From: Candidatus Kapaibacterium sp. | GTDB lineage: Bacteria; Bacteroidota; Ignavibacteria; Kapaibacteriales; UBA2268 | Length of the DNA: 64,000 nucleotides | Reading direction: 5' to 3' | Assembly (NCBI GenBank): GCA_963664875.1 | Contig: OY761611.1 | Span: forward strand, 3,680,001-3,744,000 | Shown: in pieces, positions 36,710 through 46,655 of the stretch | Position numbering within the stretch: the first letter of the stretch is position 1 | How the letters are laid out: every line of letters begins with the position of its first letter | The notes under the pieces: generated by a model | Databases searched by the model: none | Seen by the model: the letters and a program-made list of their open reading frames with translations, nothing else | Told to the model about the DNA's origin: nothing | Position numbers and translations under genes: made by a program

Positions 36710-37789
36710 ATGAACATTTTTATTGATGAAAATATACCGTTTTTGAAAGATGCGTTTCATAACGTTGGTAATGTAACTCTATATAATGGAAGAACTTTAT
36801 CAAATGATGATTTGATAGCCGGTAGCTGTGAATATCTAATTTCACGTTCTACCTGCAAGGTCAATCAAACATTAATTAAAAATACAAAAGTTAAATTCGT
36901 GGCTACAGCTACCTCAGGCATTGACCATATTGATACAAATTATCTCCAAAATAATAATATTTCGTTTGCTTCTGCTCTTGGTTCTAATGCCAACTCCGTG
37001 GCTGAATATGTAATCTATTGCATTTTAAATTGGTCCAAACTTAAAGGTCATTTGGTCGAAGGCAAAGCCATTGGTGTGATTGGTTACGGAAATATAGGCA
37101 AGCTCGTTGCAAAACATGCTTCACTTCTTGGCTTGAAAGTATATGTAAATGACCCTCCACTCAAAGATGCTGATTTTGAGTTCCCGGATTATGTCGAATA
37201 CAAAGAGTTAGTAGAGTTGCCTTTCCTGTGCGATGTTATAACTAATCACGTACCACTTACAAAAGTTGGAAAGTATGCTACTGATAATTTATTAGATGAA
37301 AAATTTCTTTTGGCTATGAATTTGGAAAGCTTATTGATTCATGCTTCAAGGGGTGGGGTAGTGGATGAAAATATACTTTTAGACCGTCTCATAGCTGAAG
37401 AAATTTATGCCTGCGTAGATGTTTTTATTGGAGAACCTGATTTTAATACAGAGCTTGCTGAAAGAGCTATGCTTTGTTCTCCACATGTAGCGGGTTACTC
37501 TTTTGACGGAAAGGTCAAAGGTAGCTTGATGGTTGCAGAGGCTTTTGAAATGCATACAAGCATAAAAACAGATAAAACTGATATGCTTCGTCAATTGAGT
37601 TTCTACACACCCTTAGAAGAGCATCACTACAAGGATGGTGAATATGTTTTAGAGCTACTGTCCAAAAAAAGAAAATTTGACATAGATACTAAGAATATGC
37701 TATCTATAATCCCACTACCGGATGACGAGAGACGAAAAGCATTTGATATGCTTAGAAAGAAATATCCTGTCAGACGCGAATCTTTATAG
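36710..37789 (+). CDS. pdxB: Erythronate-4-phosphate dehydrogenase
   Basis: MNIFIDENIP, ATATSGIDHID, GSNANSVAEYV, GYGNIG, HVPLT, SPHVAGYS.DGK. Confidence 0.9.
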   Translation: MNIFIDENIPFLKDAFHNVGNVTLYNGRTLSNDDLIAGSCEYLISRSTCKVNQTLIKNTKVKFVATATSGIDHIDTNYLQNNNISFASALGSNANSVAEYVIYCILNWSKLKGHLVEGKAIGVIGYGNIGKLVAKHASLLGLKVYVNDPPLKDADFEFPDYVEYKELVELPFLCDVITNHVPLTKVGKYATDNLLDEKFLLAMNLESLLIHASRGGVVDENILLDRLIAEEIYACVDVFIGEPDFNTELAERAMLCSPHVAGYSFDGKVKGSLMVAEAFEMHTSIKTDKTDMLRQLSFYTPLEEHHYKDGEYVLELLSKKRKFDIDTKNMLSIIPLPDDERRKAFDMLRKKYPVRRESL

Positions 37790-37799
37790 AGAGAAAAAG

Positions 37800-38174
37800 C
37801 TATCTGCTGTGAATGAAATTTCCAATTTTCTTATCTTCCTTGAGTATATGGTTTATTAGCCATTTTTCGAGGAAGTTACGAATGTTTTTCAAATCAAGCT
37901 CATCACCTTTTTTGAGTGCAGTAAGATATTTAATTATTTGCTCTTCGAACTGCCTGTGGAGCTGCACATGATAGTCAAGCTGAGGATAGTATATCTTCTT
38001 CATATAAGTTTCTTCTGAAGAGAAATGCTTTTTGGAGTACTCTACCATAGACTTGAGTACTTCGATAACTGAAATTGCTTTGCTGTCTTCGATACTGCTG
38101 ATTATTTCAAATAGTTTCTTATGTTCTTCATCTATGTTCCTGATGCCCACAGAATACTCTAAAGACCATTTCAT
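37800..38174 (-). CDS. Bacteriohemerythrin
   Basis: W...YSVG...IDEEHKKL, HFSSEE.YM, H...H, WLINHILKEDK. Confidence 0.92.
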   Translation of the reverse strand: MKWSLEYSVGIRNIDEEHKKLFEIISSIEDSKAISVIEVLKSMVEYSKKHFSSEETYMKKIYYPQLDYHVQLHRQFEEQIIKYLTALKKGDELDLKNIRNFLEKWLINHILKEDKKIGNFIHSR

Positions 38175-38261
38175 AAACACACTCCGGTTGCTAACTGTAT
38201 CTTACATTAAGTCGATTTTTTTTGCTTAATAGTGTTCCATGGTTGTTTCTATATGTAAGTC

Positions 38262-38300
38262 AAAAAAAAAAGAGAGAGCGAATTCAATCCACTCTCTCTT
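38262..38300 (-). terminator. Intrinsic terminator
   Basis: AGAGAGAG/CTCTCTCT stem with a long T-run on the minus strand after the 38329 stop. Confidence 0.7.
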
Positions 38301-38328
38301 CAAATAACATATTATAAAATCTGCGAAA

Positions 38329-39360
38329 TTAGTTGAATTTCAGAGATTTAACTGATGCTTCCAATGGAGCTAAGTAATCTTTAGCTTCAGGAACAAACCA
38401 GTTGATGTGTACTCTGTAAAGTTTTTTGTTATGAAGAATAAACCAAACTTTTTGAGAAAGGTTAGCTGCCGGAGACCAAGTAAGCACATAAGCTTCTTTG
38501 CCTGCTAAAGTAGTTTTAGTTGCTGCTGCATTTTTGAAGCTTGCTTTGTTTTCGTCAACGATTTTTTTCAAATCTGTTGTTTTGGCAGCGTCAAATTTGT
38601 CAACTCTTACAAAGCAATCCATACGTTTGTCAGTGTCGAAGTAGAAAGAAGATTCAGCACTACCTTTTCCGCCGGGTGCATCGCGTTTAGTCATATTGCC
38701 CGGGATACCGATAGAGAAACCATTACCGTTTCTTTCAGTAAGTTCCATTGTTGGAGGATCCAATTCCTGAATAACAGTATCGATTTTTACTATTGCAGAA
38801 GGAGTAGTAGCTAATTTCAAACCTGCAACGATTTTGTCAAAAGTTGGTTTGTATTTATCCCAAGTGCCGGCAAAAGTTTCGAAGTTAACGATAGTAGCCA
38901 TGCCACTGTCTTTAGCTGCGAAATAGTAAGCACCTTTGAAAAGGCCGTCTTCCAAATCAAATTCGTAAGTAGTAGATTTAGCAGGAGTGCCGTCTATAGT
39001 CAATTCCTGCATAGGAGTGTAATATTCTTCTGCCAAGAAGTCTTTCATTTTAGTGATGATAGAATCCAAACCGCGAGTAGAATCCAAGACAGCTCTTGAA
39101 ACTAAGATTTTTGCCACAGGAGCTCCTTTTGGAGCGTAGCTTGGCCAACGTTTCATACCTTCTTTCATAGAATAAATAGCAACAAAATCGCCGGCTTCTG
39201 TGTATTCCCAATTTTCAGGATACTCGAAAGAAAGACCGAATTTTTCACTTTCATACTTTTTCATGCCATTTACTTCAGCAGGTTTTGGACCTGCTTCGCC
39301 ACAGCTGTAAAGCAAAATTGCCAAAGCAATTGCCGGAAGCAGAGAGAAGAATTTTTTCAT
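38329..39360 (-). CDS. Lipoprotein with two PsbP/Mog1-like domains
   Basis: Lipobox LYSC; GLSFEYPENW and GFSIGIPGN starts of two similar domains. Confidence 0.65.
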   Translation of the reverse strand: MKKFFSLLPAIALAILLYSCGEAGPKPAEVNGMKKYESEKFGLSFEYPENWEYTEAGDFVAIYSMKEGMKRWPSYAPKGAPVAKILVSRAVLDSTRGLDSIITKMKDFLAEEYYTPMQELTIDGTPAKSTTYEFDLEDGLFKGAYYFAAKDSGMATIVNFETFAGTWDKYKPTFDKIVAGLKLATTPSAIVKIDTVIQELDPPTMELTERNGNGFSIGIPGNMTKRDAPGGKGSAESSFYFDTDKRMDCFVRVDKFDAAKTTDLKKIVDENKASFKNAAATKTTLAGKEAYVLTWSPAANLSQKVWFILHNKKLYRVHINWFVPEAKDYLAPLEASVKSLKFN

Positions 39361-39479
39361 GGAGTAACTCCTATTAGTAATATATAAATTCAGAAAAACT
39401 TATTTGCGTTTTGCATCTTGCAAATTTAAGCAAGAATTTTATAACATTAAATAAAGATAATAAGGAAAAGCAAAAAAAA

Positions 39480-39872
39480 TCAATTAGGTTGAGCACCTTC
39501 TTCTATCCATTTGCTTATTCCTGTAACAACAGACTCCTTGACATAGCCCTGATAGCAATATGCTTTAAAAGGTGAGCGTCCGTCGAGCTTCTGTACTAAA
39601 ATGCTGTTTTCCGGATCTCCTGGCAAAACAAAGAGAGGTATGCTCATCAAATCAATATGCGTTTCTAAAACAAGACCACCCGCGATAGACGATGCAGAGT
39701 GGCAGCCGGCATAAGCGCAGGTTAGCTTCATGTAGGGGTGTACATGCTCGTAATAACTTACATTCTTTTCGGGAAAGACGATGTCATTACCCGAAGATAC
39801 GGCATCATCTCCGCAAGAATTGATAAGATTTGATAACAAAACTAACGAAATCAACTGTATGATTCTTTTCAT
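39480..39872 (-). CDS. Lipoprotein, possible c-type cytochrome (CX4CH)
   Basis: Lipobox INSC; CAYAGCH; PGDPENSIL and WIEEGA as in planctomycete-type cytochrome c domains. Confidence 0.65.
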   Translation of the reverse strand: MKRIIQLISLVLLSNLINSCGDDAVSSGNDIVFPEKNVSYYEHVHPYMKLTCAYAGCHSASSIAGGLVLETHIDLMSIPLFVLPGDPENSILVQKLDGRSPFKAYCYQGYVKESVVTGISKWIEEGAQPN

Positions 39873-40693
39873 TAGTAACTTTCCTGTTCTGTTGGGAAAT
39901 TTTTGTCTCTTACGTCCTGACCGTAATTTTCAAAAGCTTTTTTCATATCAGAGTACATATCAGCGTATCTTCTTACAAATCTTGGACTAAAGTCAACGGT
40001 TAAGCCAAGCATATCTGTATAAACAAGAATCTGTCCGTCGCAGTGAGGCCCTGCACCTATCCCGATAGTAGGAATAGATAGCGATTCGCTGATTTTCTGA
40101 CCAAGTTCCGCAGGAATTTTTTCTAAAACTACAGCAAATGCACCGGCTTCCTGAAGCATGTGTGCATTTTTAAAAATCTTTGCGGCTTCTTCAGGGTCTG
40201 TTCCTCTTGCTCTGTACGAACCAAATTGATTTATAGACTGCGGAGTAAGGCCAAGATGACCCATCACCGGAATACCCGATTCCGTCATTTTGTAAATAGC
40301 ATCAACTACATGAGCACCGCCTTCGAGTTTCACAGCATGGCAACCGGTTTCTTTCATTATCCTGCCGGCATTGCGAAAAGCTTCGTTTGGGCTGACCTGA
40401 TAGCTCATAAAGGGCATATCGGCTACTACCAAAGCACGAGTCGTGCCATTGACAACAGCTTTTGTGTGGTAAGTTGTTTGCTCAAGCGTAACAGGGATTG
40501 TTGTATCAAGCCCCTGAACCACATTGCCAAGCGAATCTCCGACAAGGATTAAATCTACTCCTGCTTCGTCCAAACATTTAGCTATCAATGCGTCGTAAGC
40601 AGTAAGGCAGACAATCTTTTTGCCTGCTTTTTTCATATTGTAAAGAGTAAGAGTCGTTACCTTTTTAGAAAAATCAGATTTTGCTAAGCTCAT
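39872..40693 (-). CDS. panB: 3-methyl-2-oxobutanoate hydroxymethyltransferase
   Basis: LTAYD, ILVGDSLG, VADMPF, AVKLEGG, HLGLTPQS, IGIGAG..CDGQILV. Confidence 0.97.
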   Translation of the reverse strand: MSLAKSDFSKKVTTLTLYNMKKAGKKIVCLTAYDALIAKCLDEAGVDLILVGDSLGNVVQGLDTTIPVTLEQTTYHTKAVVNGTTRALVVADMPFMSYQVSPNEAFRNAGRIMKETGCHAVKLEGGAHVVDAIYKMTESGIPVMGHLGLTPQSINQFGSYRARGTDPEEAAKIFKNAHMLQEAGAFAVVLEKIPAELGQKISESLSIPTIGIGAGPHCDGQILVYTDMLGLTVDFSPRFVRRYADMYSDMKKAFENYGQDVRDKNFPTEQESY

Positions 40694-41130
40694 ATATAAA
40701 TTATTCCATTGCAAGCACTAAAAAGAATAATTTAGTTACAAAAAAAACAAATTCCAACTTGTTTTGCAATATAATATTCTATTCTATATAATGCTTAGAT
40801 ATGTTCATAACTTTTGTCTCCATGCTTACATTTTAAAACCCGAAAAGTTCTTCTAAATGTTTATATCTCTTAAACAGATATAAATATAAAAAACAATAGA
40901 AGTTAGAACAAGATATAAAAAAAATAACAAAATTGAGTTTTATATTCGTTTCTTACAAAAAAATACTTTATATTAAGACTATAAGCTCCAATATTTAAGT
41001 ATTTCTTAAATTCTGTTAAAATCGAGCTTCTTGCCAACTATCGATAACTTCTGTACGTAACTTTGTAATCTAAGAATAAAAATATATATTGCTGATTGGC
41101 AATTTATCCATTTTTTGGAGAACTAATAAA

Positions 41131-43413
41131 ATGATTATCAGAAAAGAGGATGCTTTAGAGTATCACAGCAGAGGTCGTAAAGGTAAAATTGAAGTAACTA
41201 CTACTAAACCTTGTCTCACTCAGCGAGACCTTTCGCTGGCATACTCGCCCGGCGTCGCAGAACCGTGTAGAGAAATTGAAAAAGATGTCGAAAAGGTATT
41301 CGAATATACCGCTAAAGGCAATTTGGTTGCAGTAATTTCCAACGGCACAGCTGTGCTTGGACTCGGTGATATTGGTCCTGAAGCCGGCAAACCGGTTATG
41401 GAAGGTAAAGGCGTACTTTTTAAAACATTTGCAGACATTGATGTTTTTGACATTGAACTTGCGTCAAAAGACGTAGATGAAATCATTCGTACTGTAGAAA
41501 TTCTTGCTCCTACTTTTGGTGGCATCAATTTGGAAGATATCAAAGGCCCGGAATGTTTTTATATCGAAGAGGCTCTCAAAAAGAAACTTGATATACCTGT
41601 TTTTCATGATGATCAACATGGAACAGCTATAATCAGTGGAGCAGCGTTGCTTAACGCAGCAGAAATTATCGGCAAAAAGCTGGAAGACCTTAAAGTTGTA
41701 TATAATGGTGCAGGTGCTTCCGGTATAGCATGTGCCAAATTCCACATCAGCCTTGGAGTCAAACCTGAGAATGTCCTAATGTGCGATTCGACAGGTGTGA
41801 TTTATAAAGGCAGAACTAAAGGAATGAATGAGTTCAAAGAAGATTTTGCCGTAGAAACCGATAGAAGAACTCTTACAGACGCACTTGTAGGTGCTGATGT
41901 ATTTTGCGGATTGTCTCAGGGCAATGTAGTCAACAAAGAAATGGTTAAAGAGATGGCTCCTAATCCTATAATCTTTGCTATGGCAAACCCTGACCCGGAA
42001 ATTACTTATGAAGACGCAGTAGAAGCAAGACCTGATGTTATTATGGCTACAGGTCGCTCCGATTATCCTAATCAGGTTAATAACGTTCTTGGTTTCCCTT
42101 TTATCTTCCGCGGGGCATTAGATGTCCATGCTACTAAGATTAACGAAGAAATGAAACGTGCTGCTGCTTATGCTTTGGCAAAACTCGCAAAAGAAGAAGT
42201 ACCCGAATCCGTAAAAAAAGCCTACGGTGCAGAATCTATCGTTTTCGGCAAAGAGTACATCATTCCTAAACCGTTTGACCCGAGAGTGCTTACATGGGTA
42301 GCTCCGGCAGTTGCAAAAGCAGCAATGGAAACCGGAGTTGCAAGAAAAGAAATTACTGATTTCGAACAGTACGAATTTGACTTAAATGTCAGAATGGGAC
42401 GCTCTCATTCAATTATGACAAAAATATACAGGAAAGCAGGCCAACATCCTAAACGGGTTGTCTTCCCTGAAGGTAACGAACCTAAGATAATCAAAGCAGC
42501 ACAATTAAGCGTGGATTACAATATCGCAGAGCCTGTGTTGATTGGTAACGAAGAAGAAATTAGAGCAGTTGCAGAAGAGTTTGGCTATGATTTGAAAAAT
42601 ATTCATATCATTGATAATACAAGCTCCGAGCTTTTAGACGAATACACCGAAGAGTTTTACAAGCTTCGCCAGAGAAAAGGCATTACAAAAATCGAAGCAA
42701 AGAGAAGACTTACCAAAAACAGGAACTATTTTGGTGCTATGATGGTACATCAGGGGCACGCTTGCAGTATGATTTCAGGTTTGACTACACACTATCCGGA
42801 TACTGTGCGTCCGGCTCTTGAAATCATCGGAAAAGACCCGAAATACAACAAAGTATCAGGCTTGTATATAGTTTCTACTAAGAAAAACACGTATTTCTTA
42901 TCAGATACTACAATAAACTTAGAACCCGATGCCGAAACTTTAGCGGATATAGCATTGCAGGCTGCAGATTTTGTTACTAATTTTGATTTAGAACCTCAGG
43001 TAGCTATGCTTTCATATTCCAATTTTGGATCAGCAGAGGGCAAGTCTCCTGAAAAGATACGCAAAGCACTTCAAATCATAAGAGAAAAAGCTCCTAAGCT
43101 CATTATAGATGGAGAAATGCAGGCAGATACAGCAGTTGAGAAAAGTATCCTTACTAAAGATTTTCCTTTTAGTGTGCTGAAAGATGAAGCAAATACTTTG
43201 ATATTCCCTGATCTAAATTCCGGTAATATAGCCTACAAGTTGCTTGCACGAATAGGTGGTGCTAATGTAATAGGACCTGTATTGCAAGGCTTAGAAAAAT
43301 CAGTTCATATTTTACAACGTGGCTCTGATGTCAATCAGATTTTGGATATGGTAGCTATCGCAGTGGTAGATGCAAATCACAAAGGCGACAAATGTGTTGA
43401 TATTTTCAAATAG
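41131..43413 (+). CDS. maeB: NADP-dependent malic enzyme fused to a phosphotransacetylase-like domain
   Basis: [47 protein letters not shown]; C-terminal IDGEMQAD...SGNIAYKL. Confidence 0.96.
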   Translation: MIIRKEDALEYHSRGRKGKIEVTTTKPCLTQRDLSLAYSPGVAEPCREIEKDVEKVFEYTAKGNLVAVISNGTAVLGLGDIGPEAGKPVMEGKGVLFKTFADIDVFDIELASKDVDEIIRTVEILAPTFGGINLEDIKGPECFYIEEALKKKLDIPVFHDDQHGTAIISGAALLNAAEIIGKKLEDLKVVYNGAGASGIACAKFHISLGVKPENVLMCDSTGVIYKGRTKGMNEFKEDFAVETDRRTLTDALVGADVFCGLSQGNVVNKEMVKEMAPNPIIFAMANPDPEITYEDAVEARPDVIMATGRSDYPNQVNNVLGFPFIFRGALDVHATKINEEMKRAAAYALAKLAKEEVPESVKKAYGAESIVFGKEYIIPKPFDPRVLTWVAPAVAKAAMETGVARKEITDFEQYEFDLNVRMGRSHSIMTKIYRKAGQHPKRVVFPEGNEPKIIKAAQLSVDYNIAEPVLIGNEEEIRAVAEEFGYDLKNIHIIDNTSSELLDEYTEEFYKLRQRKGITKIEAKRRLTKNRNYFGAMMVHQGHACSMISGLTTHYPDTVRPALEIIGKDPKYNKVSGLYIVSTKKNTYFLSDTTINLEPDAETLADIALQAADFVTNFDLEPQVAMLSYSNFGSAEGKSPEKIRKALQIIREKAPKLIIDGEMQADTAVEKSILTKDFPFSVLKDEANTLIFPDLNSGNIAYKLLARIGGANVIGPVLQGLEKSVHILQRGSDVNQILDMVAIAVVDANHKGDKCVDIFK

Positions 43414-43424
43414 TCCAATAATTA

Positions 43425-43455
43425 AAGAGGCTAAGCAAATGCTTAGCCTCTATTT
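43425..43455. terminator. Terminator between convergent maeB and RRM genes
   Basis: AGAGGCTAAGCA-AA-TGCTTAGCCTCT perfect stem. Confidence 0.75.
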
Positions 43456-43528
43456 AGTAAAATTTGATCAACCGGCAGAGAGAATTAAATGGATGATCCA
43501 ATCCTTTAAATCTCTAACTATATATAAA

Positions 43529-43816
43529 TTAGAATCTTCTATTGTTGTTTCCGCGGAAATTGTTAGGTCTTCTGCTTTCTCTTGGTCTAGCTTCGTTAAC
43601 AACTAATTTACGGCCGTTGTATTCAGCACCGTTAAGTTGGTCGATAGCGTTTTGTCCTGCTTCTTCTTCGATTTCAACAAAACCAAATCCTTTTAATCTT
43701 CCTGTTTCAAAATCTTTTACAAGTTTAACAGAAGTTACTTCGCCGAATTCAGCGAATAAATTGTTTACATCAGCCTCTTCAGTGCTGTAAGGTAAATTAC
43801 CTACGTAGATATTCAT
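43529..43816 (-). CDS. RRM RNA-binding protein
   Basis: RNP2 IYVGNLPY, RNP1 KGFGFVE, VNEARPR. Confidence 0.95.
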   Translation of the reverse strand: MNIYVGNLPYSTEEADVNNLFAEFGEVTSVKLVKDFETGRLKGFGFVEIEEEAGQNAIDQLNGAEYNGRKLVVNEARPRESRRPNNFRGNNNRRF

Positions 43817-44035
43817 ATTAGATCCTTAAATCGTGTAGCCATATAGGTCTCTGCCTACCTATTCCACTAACACTTATTGAAAAATAAAACAAATGCAACA
43901 CAATTTACAACAGTTTTGAATATAAACCTATTTTTATTTTGCATTTATAAAAAATATTTTTATCTGAGCCATCAAATGCGTGTGTTTATCCTGAAAAATT
44001 CGATTTGATAAGAATAAACCAATCCCCAAAAAAAC

Positions 44036-44071
44036 AAAAAGCATTCTCTTAAAAACTTTGAGAATGCTTTT
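44036..44071 (-). terminator. Intrinsic terminator after ftsY
   Basis: AAAAGCATTCTC...GAGAATGCTTTT stem with T-run on the minus strand. Confidence 0.7.
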
Positions 44072-44125
44072 GTATAAATCTTTATAGGGTAGGGTGGGTC
44101 GTATTAGTCTTCTTAAACACTAAAA

Positions 44126-45235
44126 CTATTCTCCCAAGTTACCCTTTATTTCATTCATTTCTTCTTCTATTTCTTTGTCAGTGCCAAAAAGTGCATCAAC
44201 AAAATCTTCCGGTTTGAAAACTTGCAAATCATCAATTTTTTCACCTACTCCGATGTATCTAACCGGGATTTGCATTTCTCTTGCAATCGGAATCACAACT
44301 CCGCCTTTGGCTGTGCCGTCTAATTTTGTAAGCACGATACCTGTAATCTCAGCGACATTCATAAATTCTTTTGCCTGCACTATCGCGTTTTGACCTGTGG
44401 TAGCGTCCAATACAAGATAAACTTCGTTTGGAGCGTCGCTTTTGACTTTTTTCATCACGTTGTATATCTTATTTAGCTCTTTCATCAGACCGCCTTTATT
44501 GTGCAATCTGCCTGCAGTATCTATGATAACAACATCTTTGTTCCTTGCCTGAGCGGCTTTCAACGTATCAAAAGCCACAGCTGCCGGATCAGCACCGTGT
44601 CCTTGCTGAACAATTTCCACTCCTGCTCTTTCGCTCCAAATTTCCAGCTGCTCATTTGCAGCAGCTCTGAAAGTATCTGCAGCACCGATAATTACTTCTT
44701 TGCCGGCATTTTTGTAGTTATATGCAAGCTTGCCAATGGTTGTAGTTTTGCCGACACCGTTGACTCCAATTACCAAAATGGTATAAGGTTTTTTTTCGGA
44801 GTCAATTTCATAAATAGAATCGTTGTGTGCAGAAGGAGATTCGACAAGAAGCTTTTTAATTTCTTCTTTTAAGATTTTATACAAATCTTCTGATTTGTCA
44901 AATCCTTCTTTTCTTACTCTTTGTCGCACAGACTCTATAATATCGTCAGTGGTAGAAGGGCCAATATCAGCAGAAAGCAATATTTCCTCGATTTCTTCAA
45001 GAAGATTTTCGTCAATTTTTCTGCCGATGCCAAGTACAGATTGTAATTTATCTTGGAATGAATTACGAGTTTTAGCAAGCCCGTCTTTAATTTTTGTAAA
45101 TCTAACAGCTTCGGTGGCTTGTTTGACAATACTCGCCGTTTTCTCGACAACCGATGAAACGCTTTCCGAGACGCTTTCTGTAACTGCCTCGACTTTTTTA
45201 GTAACTTTTTCTTTTAGTTTTTTGAAGAAACCCAT
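44126..45235 (-). CDS. ftsY: Signal recognition particle receptor FtsY
   Basis: GVNGVGKTTTIGKLA, DTFRAAA, DTAGRL, TKLDGTAKGG, GVGEKIDDL. Confidence 0.97.
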   Translation of the reverse strand: MGFFKKLKEKVTKKVEAVTESVSESVSSVVEKTASIVKQATEAVRFTKIKDGLAKTRNSFQDKLQSVLGIGRKIDENLLEEIEEILLSADIGPSTTDDIIESVRQRVRKEGFDKSEDLYKILKEEIKKLLVESPSAHNDSIYEIDSEKKPYTILVIGVNGVGKTTTIGKLAYNYKNAGKEVIIGAADTFRAAANEQLEIWSERAGVEIVQQGHGADPAAVAFDTLKAAQARNKDVVIIDTAGRLHNKGGLMKELNKIYNVMKKVKSDAPNEVYLVLDATTGQNAIVQAKEFMNVAEITGIVLTKLDGTAKGGVVIPIAREMQIPVRYIGVGEKIDDLQVFKPEDFVDALFGTDKEIEEEMNEIKGNLGE

Positions 45236-45429
45236 TAGTCCGCCAATTATTAAAATCAAGCAAAATATTAAAGGCTACTTTTTGCCCTTTGCAAATATAA
45301 GGTATATATAGAGAAAAGAGAATTTATTTTTTGTAAACCTCGAAATATTAGAAACATAGCAAACAAAAAGGGCGCTCATGCTATTGCAGAACGCCCTTAC
45401 CTTGTGTATTAAATAATTTTCTTAAAAAA

Positions 45430-46554
45430 TTATTTCCAATCTATTAGTAGTGAGAATCTCATTGTGTTTGCCAATGGGTGATTTTCTTCTACAGTGTTGA
45501 TAAAACTAAAGTCCAATCTGAAGATGTCATATCTCACACCGGCACCAAAGTTATAAAATTTACGATTACCCAAAGCTTGTGGTTCTGTGAAGTATCCTGC
45601 TCTAAGAGCTAAAACATCTGCGTACCAGTATTCAGCACCAAAAGCAATCTCCGCACCCGGATTGTCCCAACCTGTTACTAAAGATTTAGGAAGCGGGTCA
45701 GATGTACCGCCTGCAAGTCTTTTAACTAAAAGCTTGGCAAAGTCAAAAGCAAATTTCAAATCATTAAATTCATCGTGGAAGACGTTTACAGCAGTTCCAA
45801 GTCGTAAAGTAGTCGGCAATGGATCTGATTCATTGATATAAGTCATTTTAGGGCCGACATTTTGAAGATTCATACCCAAAGACAATTTATCTTCGAGATT
45901 CAAGCCAAAAATTTCTAAATCAGTCGGCTTCCACAAAATACCAAGGTCAAAAGCAGCACTTATACCTGTACCTGCATCTTGCTGCTGAGCACTGGTAGGA
46001 GTAAGGTTTGACTGGATATATCTCAACTGAGCACCAACGCCCAAATCTTTTGCAATCATTGTACCGTAAGAAAAGCCAAGCGAAAATTCGTTAGAAATAA
46101 ATTTACCTAATTCATTACCGTTTTGGTCAGTTCTTGTGAATTCGCCCAGATTCATAAATATAAAATTCACACCAAAAGTGCCATCGATAGCTTCTGAGTG
46201 AAAAACACCTGTGGCATAGCTATAAAATAAATCTGCATTGAACTGTGGCAACCATGGAGAATAAGAAAGAGCAACCTGTTGGAATGGAGCTTTTTCGTCT
46301 TCATAGTAATCAAAATCTTCGGAGGTGTCGAAATAATCTAAGAAACCTAAACCGCCCGGATTCCAATAAATTGCGTTTGCGTCATCTGCTATTGCCGTAC
46401 CAACTTCTCCCATACCGCTGGAGCGTGCATCCGGTGAGATTCTCAAGAACGGAACAGTAGATCCGCCACCTTGAGCAAATGTATCAACACTAAATGCAAT
46501 AATGCTAAAAAGAACAACAGCGAGTATTTTATTCACTTTAAAGGATTTCATCAT
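45430..46554 (-). CDS. porV: T9SS outer membrane shuttle protein PorV
   Basis: VPFLRISPDARSSGMGE, YWNPGGL, SYSPWLP, AEYWY...ALRAGYF, HPLANTMRFSL; directly downstream of porU. Confidence 0.9.
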   Translation of the reverse strand: MMKSFKVNKILAVVLFSIIAFSVDTFAQGGGSTVPFLRISPDARSSGMGEVGTAIADDANAIYWNPGGLGFLDYFDTSEDFDYYEDEKAPFQQVALSYSPWLPQFNADLFYSYATGVFHSEAIDGTFGVNFIFMNLGEFTRTDQNGNELGKFISNEFSLGFSYGTMIAKDLGVGAQLRYIQSNLTPTSAQQQDAGTGISAAFDLGILWKPTDLEIFGLNLEDKLSLGMNLQNVGPKMTYINESDPLPTTLRLGTAVNVFHDEFNDLKFAFDFAKLLVKRLAGGTSDPLPKSLVTGWDNPGAEIAFGAEYWYADVLALRAGYFTEPQALGNRKFYNFGAGVRYDIFRLDFSFINTVEENHPLANTMRFSLLIDWK

Positions 46555-46655
46555 TCCTCCGAAATATATCAGTTTTATTGTATTGTCTGCTTGTTATAAT
46601 ACAGTTTACACTCTGTTTTAAAAAAAGTTCTATACGGTTCAAAAAAAAGTTCAAA

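Noticed and set aside
44175-45311. Numerous short ORFs antisense to or inside housekeeping genes (ftsY, porU, mutS, maeB, cydAB and others)
   Set aside because: Shadow frames of well-supported genes
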